A DNA stretch of 26,140 bases from a virus. Lineage: Duplodnaviria; Caudoviricetes. The DNA lies in IMG/VR virus record IMGVR_UViG_3300035006_000012, positions 1 through 26,140 of that record, one strand, 5' to 3'. The notes below the pieces were generated by a model. It did no database searches. It was not told the origin of the DNA and was given only the letters and a program-made list of their open reading frames with translations. This document shows, one piece after another, positions 17,365-24,695 of this stretch (its first letter is position 1; each line of letters begins with the position of its first letter). The translations under genes were made by a program, and so were the position numbers.

Positions 17365-17493
17365 GAATTGCTTGTCACACGCTTTGCACATCTGAGTTGC
17401 ATTAACGTAGCCGGATGGTACATCATGTTTCGCAATTTTTGTGACTTCAGCTAGCTGCGTGATCGCGTGATTGTTCCAATCGTGAATTAACAT
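17365..17493 (-). pseudogene. KilA-N domain protein, truncated (cassette B)
   Basis: MLIHDWNNHAITQ...GYVNATQMCKACDKQF, after which similarity is lost. Confidence 0.8.
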
Positions 17494-17566
17494 TTTGCCC
17501 TCTACCAAATTTAAAGTAAGAACAAGAAAGAGGCACATAACAGTGCCTCATAAGTGATGGGAGAAC

Positions 17567-17845
17567 TTAAACTTCTGTTTGCAGGCAGGGATTCTCGTAG
17601 ACTGCAATAATTACAAGTTGTGCTTGCAATTCGGACTGTAAGCGAGGGCGAAAATCGCAGTTAATTGGTTGTGGAATCCAGTAGCCGTCCATGTCTTGGT
17701 AAAATGTGCCGCACAAGTTATAGCTATTCCAGATGCGATACAGATTGCCGAAATCAGGATCATTGTCGCAGTCGATTTCGTAGCTAGCGGGAAGTCGTTG
17801 CTCAAGTTGCGCGAAAACTTGAGACTCAATCATTGTTTGAGTCAT
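17567..17845 (-). CDS. Conserved small hypothetical protein (cassette B)
   Basis: MTQTMIESQ...EIDCDNDPDFGNLYRIWNSYNLCGTFYQDMDGYW...QAQLVIIA. Confidence 0.85.
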   Translation of the reverse strand: MTQTMIESQVFAQLEQRLPASYEIDCDNDPDFGNLYRIWNSYNLCGTFYQDMDGYWIPQPINCDFRPRLQSELQAQLVIIAVYENPCLQTEV

Positions 17846-17882
17846 AATATGAATGTCCTTTTGCTTAATGGTGTTTGGACTT

Positions 17883-17964
17883 AGAGAGGCGCTTCAGTTT
17901 TGCCGACGGTAGCGCCTTCTCTTTGTCTCATGACTATACTAGTGTATTATACTGATGTTGTCAA
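17883..17964 (-). promoter_or_regulatory. Promoter TTGACA-N17-TAGTAT plus leader hairpin (cassette B)
   Basis: -35 at 17964-17959, -10 at 17941-17936; stem AGAGAAGGCGCT/AGCGCCTCTCT at 17922-17883. Confidence 0.6.
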
Positions 17965-18020
17965 CTGGTGTGGAATAAGATAGTGTAATATTAGATTGGA
18001 ATAGTTATACAAAAGAAAAT

Positions 18021-18257
18021 ATGATGATGGAAGTTGTAAAGCAAGTAAAAATTATTGTTCCTGATTTAGCTTCTAGGATAAAGCAGTCTAGAGAAAAAGA
18101 TGGCAGGTCTGTGCAAGTTTTGGCAACTGCAGCTGGTATTTCAACGGCTTATTGGTATGAGATCGAGAAAGGTAAGCGTCATTGGATGTCAGAAGAAGTA
18201 TTAAGGGGTATAGAAAATGCTTTGGGAGTTGACTTGGGAGTGCGGTTCAATGATTGA
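18021..18257 (+). CDS. XRE-family HTH regulator (cassette B)
   Basis: LASRIKQSREKDGRSVQVLATAAGISTAYWYEIEKG...LRGIENALGV. Confidence 0.85.
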   Translation: MMMEVVKQVKIIVPDLASRIKQSREKDGRSVQVLATAAGISTAYWYEIEKGKRHWMSEEVLRGIENALGVDLGVRFND

Positions 18258-18289
18258 CACTTGTGTCAACTTTGGTGCTTTCGAGAGAA

Positions 18290-18715
18290 TTACTGCGCAA
18301 TGTCCGCAGGCTTCCACTGAAAGTGGTAGTTCTTAAGTGCTGCGACATCTGGCAAAGACTCGTTAGTAAAAGCGATCGCATTCAACTTCACTCCCGCCAA
18401 CAATTTCGGCTCTAATCCGGCTTGCCCTAATGTCAAATCAATCAACTGCGCGATTTCGTCCATTGTTGGGGTAGGTAGCAAAGGTATCTCTGATATGGGT
18501 TGAACGAGAACTTGATTTACTAGCCTCTTTTTCGCTTCTGTGAAAGCTTTTACCAAGTTGATTTTCGCGCTTATAACCTGTTCTGTGTTGCGCGATAAAG
18601 TCATCAGGAAAGTTGCTTGCTCTTCTAAAAGCCATGCAAAAATAACTTTGTTTACGGCACCAACCGAGTTTGTGACAGTTCCGTTTTCAAAACGGAGGTG
18701 TCCAAAATTCCCTTC
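18290..18715 (-). pseudogene. Rha-family phage regulatory/antirepressor protein, N-terminus deleted (cassette C)
   Basis: The frame extends upstream of the annotated Met: FGHLRFENG...FAWLLEEQATFLMTLSRNTEQVISAKINLVKAFTEAK. No start codon after the 18721 stop. Confidence 0.75.
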
Positions 18716-18720
18716 TGGTT

Positions 18721-19017
18721 TTATGCTGATTGCAGTTCAGGATTCTCGAAGATTGCGATCAGTATCAAAATTGCCTGGGCATCAGTGCTAAACTTGCCAC
18801 TGACTTCGGCTTTCACTGATTGAACAATCCACTTGCCATCTAGTGCTTTGTAGAAACTTCCTACAAACTGCCAACCCTTCCACAGCCTAAAAAGTTCGCC
18901 AAAATCAACGTCTTTTTCGGAGTCGATCTCAAATTCTGGGGAAAGTTCAACTTGAGTTCGCTGAAAGTTTTCCTCAAGTTCAACACAAACTTGAGCTTCA
19001 ATCGTAGATTGAGCCAT
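18721..19017 (-). CDS. Conserved small hypothetical protein (cassette C)
   Basis: MAQSTIEAQ...EIDSEKDVDFGELFRLWKGWQFVGSFYKALDGKW...QAILILIA. Confidence 0.85.
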   Translation of the reverse strand: MAQSTIEAQVCVELEENFQRTQVELSPEFEIDSEKDVDFGELFRLWKGWQFVGSFYKALDGKWIVQSVKAEVSGKFSTDAQAILILIAIFENPELQSA

Positions 19018-19048
19018 AATATAAGTGACCTTTTAACGGGTTAACGCT

Positions 19049-19128
19049 AGGCGCTACGATTCTTCTTGGCGGGAGATAGGTAGCGCCTTTCAAATCTAAT
19101 TCTACAGATTTGCTATACTAAGCGTCAA
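19049..19128 (-). promoter_or_regulatory. Promoter TTGACG-N18-TAGAAT, operator-like IR and leader hairpin (cassette C)
   Basis: -35 at 19128-19123, -10 at 19104-19099 inside the IR CAAATCT-N8-AGATTTG (19091-19112); stem AGGCGCTAC/GTAGCGCCT at 19049-19088. Confidence 0.65.
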
Positions 19129-19158
19129 CCCCTTAACGCTTTATTTCAGTATATATTT

Positions 19159-19404
19159 ATGAATATTCGCCAACTTAGAGAGCGTAAAAAGCTTAGAACG
19201 GTTGATGTTGCTAGTAGATTAGACGTTGGAGAGTCTACAATTCGTAATTGGGAAAAAGGGCGAACCATACCTAGGTTGAGGATAGATCAGTTCAATGATT
19301 TGCTCGTGCTTTATGACTGCACGTTTGACGAATTGTGGACGGCTGTAAAAAAAAGCTGTGAAGCCGACAAGGGTGAAGACAGGCCAATTGCTTCAAGTGC
19401 TTAA
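19159..19404 (+). CDS. XRE-family HTH regulator (cassette C)
   Basis: IRQLRERKKLRTVDVASRLDVGESTIRNWEKGRTIP. Confidence 0.9.
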   Translation: MNIRQLRERKKLRTVDVASRLDVGESTIRNWEKGRTIPRLRIDQFNDLLVLYDCTFDELWTAVKKSCEADKGEDRPIASSA

Positions 19405-19642
19405 GATAACCCTTGAAAATTTATTGAAATTCTATGCTTATTCGCAATAAATACGTGATTGACGTGATTTTGGGCGAGGATTGGATGGAACTGTAGTTGT
19501 TGGCGCTAAAACAGTAAAATTAGCTGAATAAGTATCAAAGTACTTTTAGCTTATACAAACTATCAACTATTTGCCTAGTACAGCTACCGACGCAGTACGC
19601 CAACCTCTCTTCATCAGCATCAATTTGGTCAGACAACTTTAA

Positions 19643-19906
19643 TTGTTTACTGAAAAAAACGAGGAACCAAGAGTGATTTCTAAACTTTCCAAATATAGAA
19701 AGAACAAAGGCTTGAGCCAGGACGACTTGGCTAAGTTGTCTGGTTTAACTAAAACTACTATTCAGAATTGGGAAAATGGAAGAAATCTTGGCGCTGTCTT
19801 AAGGGTTCTAAAGGTGTGCCAAGAACTTAACGTTGATATTCGGGATTTATTTGAGTTAGGCGAAGAAACGGAAGAAGCTAAAGAAAAAAGTGTAGTCGCA
19901 TCTTAA
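19643..19906 (+). CDS. XRE-family HTH regulator
   Basis: LSKYRKNKGLSQDDLAKLSGLTKTTIQNWENG...KVCQELNVDIRDL. Confidence 0.9.
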   Translation: MFTEKNEEPRVISKLSKYRKNKGLSQDDLAKLSGLTKTTIQNWENGRNLGAVLRVLKVCQELNVDIRDLFELGEETEEAKEKSVVAS

Positions 19907-19949
19907 GTAAAAGCACCTCCCCTACCTAGCTCCATAGCCGATTTTCATT

Positions 19950-20273
19950 ATGACGAATTATCAACCCGACCGTTTAGACCGAATCGAGGCAACGCTAGAG
20001 CGCGTGTCGCAACAACTTGATAATCAGGTTGCGGTTAATGCGGAATTGCGACAGTCAACGCAACAGTTACAGCAAACAACAGCTACTTTGACGGATACGG
20101 TAAATGTTTTAGTTAGTTCCACCGCATCTCTTGTCCAAACAGTTACTAGTTTGGCTGGTGTAGTTACGCAGCATCAAGAAAATATCCAGGAAATGCAATC
20201 CGAGATTCGCGGGTTACAGTCCGAAAATCGTCGCATTCTTGACTATCTCGAACGCGGAAACCAAGAGGGTTGA
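19950..20273 (+). CDS. Cyanobacterial heptad-repeat coiled-coil protein
   Basis: DRLDRIEATLE...IRGLQSENRRILDYL. Confidence 0.8.
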   Translation: MTNYQPDRLDRIEATLERVSQQLDNQVAVNAELRQSTQQLQQTTATLTDTVNVLVSSTASLVQTVTSLAGVVTQHQENIQEMQSEIRGLQSENRRILDYLERGNQEG

Positions 20274-20319
20274 GTGACTCCCCTGGCTCTTGCCTCCATG
20301 TCGGGAATTTTTTCTATAA

Positions 20320-21102
20320 ATGGCACAAATCGACCCCTTCAGTCTCCCCTTTACCGAAGCTATCGCCTATTTCAAATCTAAGACTCCTCTCCCCTCTACC
20401 GCTTGGGACGACTTTGCTGATGCAGCCCAAGACCACGCTTTTACGGTTGCTTCTGTCACTTCTGGCCAACTGTTGGGCGATGTCTACAACTTGGTGCTGA
20501 GTGGACTAGAGAACGGCGACAGTTATGGCGAATTTAAGAAAGGGTTTGACCAGGCGATAGACAAGGCGGGGTGGAATCCGGCGAATCGCGGATGGCGGAC
20601 GAACATTATCTTTATGACCAACCTTCGCCAAGCATACGCCGCAGGGCGCTACAAACAGATGTCTGATCCAGAGGTGTTGAAGCTCAGGCCGTATTGGCGT
20701 TATCAGCACGGCGATTCACGAGTGCCGCGACCTGCACATTTATCACTTGATGGTAAAATTTACCCAGCAGACAGCCCATTTTGGCAGACGTGTTTCGCCC
20801 CCAATGGATTCGGGTGCAGATGCCGAATTTTTTCTCTGTCACAACGCGAAATTGAGCGAGAAGGACTAACTGTTGACACTCCGCCACAGGAAACAGTTGC
20901 TATTCGGGACAAGGTGACAGGTGAGTTAAAGCGTGTTCCATCTGTAAATGGGCAACCAATAGCAGAACCTGGATTTACAACTATTCCAGGAAGTTCAGAG
21001 GCTCAAAATAGAGAGCAAGTCCTTCAAAGAGGACTGGATCGCCTACCAAGCGCACTGCGAGAACAGGCAATCCAAGCTATCAAAAACCGACGCGATCATT
21101 AG
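20320..21102 (+). CDS. Phage head morphogenesis protein (MuF/gpF, SPP1 gp7 family)
   Basis: LPFTEAIAYF, AFTVA, TNLRQAYAAGRY, RPYWRY...DSRVPRPAHLSLDG...FWQTCFAPNGFGCRCRI. Confidence 0.93.
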   Translation: MAQIDPFSLPFTEAIAYFKSKTPLPSTAWDDFADAAQDHAFTVASVTSGQLLGDVYNLVLSGLENGDSYGEFKKGFDQAIDKAGWNPANRGWRTNIIFMTNLRQAYAAGRYKQMSDPEVLKLRPYWRYQHGDSRVPRPAHLSLDGKIYPADSPFWQTCFAPNGFGCRCRIFSLSQREIEREGLTVDTPPQETVAIRDKVTGELKRVPSVNGQPIAEPGFTTIPGSSEAQNREQVLQRGLDRLPSALREQAIQAIKNRRDH

Positions 21103-21329
21103 TCAAGATACTTGCAAGTCCAGCCTTTATGCTGTTTGTATTTTCCAGTAGTTACGCTGTGCATAGCTGACTGAGATAATCCGTGTTTCCGACAGAAAGC
21201 ATTGAGGTTATAGATTTCGTGATGTTCGCCGACATATATCTTGCCGCTAACAGTGTTTTTGATAACGTAAACACCACTGCAACTTAGCAGAGAGCGATCG
21301 CATACAATATTCATGGCTGTACCTATCAC
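21099..21329 (-). pseudogene. GIY-YIG homing endonuclease remnant with internal deletion
   Basis: SGVYVIKNTVSGKIYVG joined directly to a NUMOD-like tail EIYNLNAFCRKHGLSQSAMH...GKYKQHKGW. Confidence 0.7.
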
Positions 21330-21578
21330 ACAGGTATAGAGGCTTGGGTGTTACCAGCACCGCGAAGCCATATTTTATACAATAATTATCTCATAAGATC
21401 GCTGTAATGTATAGAGGGTGGTAGTTTTAGGCGATAATAAGTGTGGGTTCGCGCTCGGGAGCATCCAAACTCTTGGCTACTCTTGCTCTAGTTGGCTTTG
21501 CCCGTGAGGAGACTCGCGCATTACCTCTAGCTTGACCCGTGGGAATTCTCGTGATGTCGCTATTGTCAAGTGACCATT

Positions 21579-22001
21579 ATGACTGACATAATTATTACAC
21601 TCAATGACCTAGTAGCTCGCCACGGACTGCAACAAATCGAAGAGCGGTTACACAATCTGCGTCCTGCCTTTGCCTCAATGGGCGAATACATGATGCGACG
21701 GGCTGAAGACAATTTCAAGGGAGAGCATGACCCTGACGGTGTGGCTTGGGCACCGTTGTCTGCTGCTTACAGAAAACGCAAGCGGGGGACAAGAATACTC
21801 ACCGAATCAGGGCGGCTGCGGGCTTCTATCACTTATCGCGCTGATGGCACTCAAGTAGTAGCAGGGTGTAATCCGGTGTACGCTCGCGCTCAACAGTACG
21901 GTTATCAACGGCGTAATTTACCTGCACGCCCCTTTTTAGGAGCTTCTGAAGGTGATAAACAGGAACTGGGAGAAATACTGCTTGATTATCTGAACTTATA
22001 G
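21579..22001 (+). CDS. Phage virion morphogenesis protein (Mu gpG-like)
   Basis: LRPAFASMGEYM...F..EHDPDGVAWAPLS...ILTESGRLRASI...YARAQQYG...LPARPFLG. Confidence 0.92.
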   Translation: MTDIIITLNDLVARHGLQQIEERLHNLRPAFASMGEYMMRRAEDNFKGEHDPDGVAWAPLSAAYRKRKRGTRILTESGRLRASITYRADGTQVVAGCNPVYARAQQYGYQRRNLPARPFLGASEGDKQELGEILLDYLNL

Positions 22002-22036
22002 GGAACAATGAATCTGACGTAAAGAGTGAATTCTTG

Positions 22037-22066
22037 TCTCGGTGGTGTGAATCACCGAGATTTTTT
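22037..22066 (+). terminator. Intrinsic terminator
   Basis: TCTCGGTGGT-GTGA-ATCACCGAGA followed by TTTTTT. Confidence 0.85.
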
Positions 22067-22070
22067 ATTG

Positions 22071-22084
22071 GGGAATTGTAGGGG
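22071..22084 (+). promoter_or_regulatory. Putative late promoter GGGAATTGTAGGGG for the protease-capsid operon
   Basis: Sits 4 nt after the terminator; first 13 nt identical to 8260-8272. Confidence 0.65.
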
Positions 22085-22110
22085 CATCTTTGCGAGCAGT
22101 TCTGACCCCA

Positions 22111-22860
22111 ATGACCCAATTAGGTGACAGCCATGAAATAGAAATTTTTGCAGCCGGGAAGCACACTAGCTCCAATGGTGCGGATTTGGTTTTTTCGACC
22201 TCAGAACTGGATGCGATCGCTTCTTCATATAACCCCACCCTTTTTGACGCACCCGCAGTCGTAGGACACCCCCGCGATAATTCTCCTGCTTACGGTTGGG
22301 TGGAATCAGTGCGACGTGAAGGTAATAAGCTGATAGCCAAGCTTAACCAAGTTGACACTGATTTCCAAGAAGCGGTGCGGGCCGGTTGCTACAAGAAAAT
22401 TTCTGCCTCTTTTTACTCCCCAGACTCCAGCGCTAACCCTAATCCCGGCAGCTATTATCTGCGGCATGTGGGGTTTTTGGGTGGCATGGCACCAGCAGTA
22501 AAAGGACTGAAATCGGTGGCTTTTGCTGAGGGGAAAGAGGGAGTGGTGGAATTTTGCAGTGGTGAAGAAATGACTGTATTCCGCAACTTGCGGGAGTGGT
22601 TCATTGCCGAACATGACTTGGAAACAGCCGACCGAATTGTTCCAAGCTGGCTAATCAATCAGCCACCTGTATATCAAGCCGAAACTCTTGACCCCGAAAC
22701 CGAATCCAAACTCGAATGGCTAGGACGCAAGGTGATGGATTTGCTGGAGAAAGAAGGCGCTGATATCGACACTAACCGGGCGATTCAAGTTCCGACTGCT
22801 CGATATCTAAAATCAGGCATTGCTGGCAGTGTTGTGCCTTTGTCGATAAATTTGGCTTAA
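22111..22860 (+). CDS. Mu-like prohead protease/scaffold; C-terminus probably replaced in frame by the tail of the next (decoration/cement) gene
   Basis: IEIFAAGKH, APAVVGHP, PAYGWV, YKKISASFY, LRHVGFLGGMAPAVKGL. No scaffold coiled coil; abrupt tail ADIDTNRAIQVPTARYLKSGIAGSVVPLSINLA. Confidence 0.8.
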   Translation: MTQLGDSHEIEIFAAGKHTSSNGADLVFSTSELDAIASSYNPTLFDAPAVVGHPRDNSPAYGWVESVRREGNKLIAKLNQVDTDFQEAVRAGCYKKISASFYSPDSSANPNPGSYYLRHVGFLGGMAPAVKGLKSVAFAEGKEGVVEFCSGEEMTVFRNLREWFIAEHDLETADRIVPSWLINQPPVYQAETLDPETESKLEWLGRKVMDLLEKEGADIDTNRAIQVPTARYLKSGIAGSVVPLSINLA

Positions 22861-22893
22861 TTCTTTTTTTAACTTTTACTTAATAAGAAAAAT

Positions 22894-23835
22894 ATGGCAA
22901 CAGGTGGATTATTTTTATATCGTGCGCTGGAACAACACCTTCCAAATATATTAGGAAGACGCTACCGCGAACTATACTTTGAAAACGGTTCGGTAATCCC
23001 CACAATCGCTGACTTGGAACCCGGTGCCGCTGAAGTGGTACGCGACACCGTGGACGAAGTCGGCGATGCAGATATCATTGGTGATGGCGCATTTGACATC
23101 CCAATTGTGGATATTTCGGCATCCGAAGACCGTTACAAAACTTTCATGATTGCCAGCGGATTTTCCTTCACATTTCAGCAGGAACGTGCCTACGAATTTG
23201 CTAACAAAAATACTCAAATTCTCGACCGCAAAATGAAGTTGGCACGTCGGTCAATCGCCGAACGGCACAACCGAATTGCGGCTTACGGGGATGCGCGATT
23301 GGGCGTGACGGGCTTTGTAAACAATGCCGCTGTCGCGCTTAATAACAGCTCTTTCAACCCTAATACTGCGACAGAAGACGACCTCCAAGGCTTTTTTGTC
23401 GATGAGTTAAAAGCAGCACACCGCAACTCAAACAACGTTGAAATGCCGATGGATGTGTTGATTCCAAGTGGCTTGTACTTCCAGCTTATTCGTAAGCGCA
23501 TTCCCAACACTTCGATGACCGTGCTTACCTACATCAAGGAAGCGCTTTCACAAGAAGGCGTAAACTTCAATATCATGAAGTGCTTAGAATGCGACTCTGC
23601 AAACCTCGAAGCGCGGGGCGTACAAGCGGGCGGTACGAACAAAGACCGCATCATTTTTTACACCAAAGACCCTGATGTAGTTGAGCGTCACATCGAGTTG
23701 CCGCAGTTGATGTCCAACGACTGGGTGACGGTGAAAGACGGTCGTAGGGTGTATCCAATGTTTAGCTGCACCACGCAGACTATTATCAACTACCCCGGTG
23801 CTTTCCGCTACTCAGACGTGACGAAGGTGGCATAA
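22894..23835 (+). CDS. Major capsid protein (DUF2184/encapsulin-like HK97 family)
   Basis: 313 aa; VGDADIIGDGAFDIPIVD, ARRSIAERHNRIAAYGD..LGVTGFVN, GTNKDRIIFY, IINYPGAFRY. Confidence 0.88.
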   Translation: MATGGLFLYRALEQHLPNILGRRYRELYFENGSVIPTIADLEPGAAEVVRDTVDEVGDADIIGDGAFDIPIVDISASEDRYKTFMIASGFSFTFQQERAYEFANKNTQILDRKMKLARRSIAERHNRIAAYGDARLGVTGFVNNAAVALNNSSFNPNTATEDDLQGFFVDELKAAHRNSNNVEMPMDVLIPSGLYFQLIRKRIPNTSMTVLTYIKEALSQEGVNFNIMKCLECDSANLEARGVQAGGTNKDRIIFYTKDPDVVERHIELPQLMSNDWVTVKDGRRVYPMFSCTTQTIINYPGAFRYSDVTKVA

Positions 23836-24206
23836 TGCAGAAAATTCTTTATTTTCCTAACAAAGCGTTCCCACCGCGCAGTGGCAATGTTTTCTTCGAC
23901 ACGATTGCGCTCAAACCAGGAACCAATAACCATTTGAGTGCAGACGATATTGCAGCACTTAAAGCACACCCCGATTTTCCTCAATACGAAAAATGGGGCG
24001 CAATTGAGATTGTAGGTACCGTAGCTGAAATCAAGCCAGTGGCAGCATCGTCCCTATCGCAACTTTCGGCAGAAGAAGCCGAAAAAACAATCGAATCAAC
24101 TCACGATGCTGAAAAGCTTGCAGAGTGGATGAAAAACGAATCGCGAATAACGGTTCGACGCGCACTTAACCGACGCATTCAGCAAATTAAAAGCGGAGAT
24201 GAGTAA
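23835..24206 (+). CDS. Hypothetical virion-module protein
   Basis: TAATG coupling to the capsid gene; C-terminal EAEKTIE..DAEKLAEW...ESRITVRRAL helical motif. Confidence 0.75.
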   Translation: MQKILYFPNKAFPPRSGNVFFDTIALKPGTNNHLSADDIAALKAHPDFPQYEKWGAIEIVGTVAEIKPVAASSLSQLSAEEAEKTIESTHDAEKLAEWMKNESRITVRRALNRRIQQIKSGDE

Positions 24207-24245
24207 TTCGTTGAAAAATTTATCAACGACTACTTAGAAACAAAC

Positions 24246-24692
24246 ATGACATACGCTACACCTGCCGACATGATTTCAGCTTTCTCAGAAGCCGAAATTA
24301 TTGAGCTATCAAACCTCGACTATCCTGATGCAACCACCATCAATACGGAGGTGGTAACACGAGCAATCGAGGACGCTCAGGCACAGCTTGATTCTTACCT
24401 CGAAACTCGTTACCGCACACCGTTAGCGGTAGTTCCAGCGGTAATCAGGAACTATACGTGTGATGTCGCAAGATATATCCTCGACAAGGACAAACCAAGG
24501 GAAGAGGTAACTCGCCGGCGAGACTTGGTTTTTTACTATCTCAAGGATGTGGCAGCCAACAAAGCCAGCCTTCCTGGTATTCAAGAGGGTACAAATGGAA
24601 GTGTGGGTTCAGGAGGTACGGGGGTGGGAGATGTGGTGCTATTTCAGTCCCCTGGACGAGTGTGGACAAACGAAACCTTGGGGGGTTGGTAA
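24246..24692 (+). CDS. DUF1320/Mu gp36-like head-tail adaptor
   Basis: MTYATPADM...AIEDAQAQLDSYLETRYRTPL...CDVARYIL...YLKDVA. Confidence 0.9.
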   Translation: MTYATPADMISAFSEAEIIELSNLDYPDATTINTEVVTRAIEDAQAQLDSYLETRYRTPLAVVPAVIRNYTCDVARYILDKDKPREEVTRRRDLVFYYLKDVAANKASLPGIQEGTNGSVGSGGTGVGDVVLFQSPGRVWTNETLGGW

Positions 24693-24695
24693 AAA

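Noticed and set aside
14113-19017. Diversity-generating retroelement or recent tandem duplication behind the three small paralogues
   Set aside because: No reverse transcriptase; divergence is general and not adenine-specific.
22894-23835. Encapsulin nanocompartment
   Set aside because: Embedded among protease, portal and neck genes with no cargo enzyme; a phage capsid is the simpler reading.
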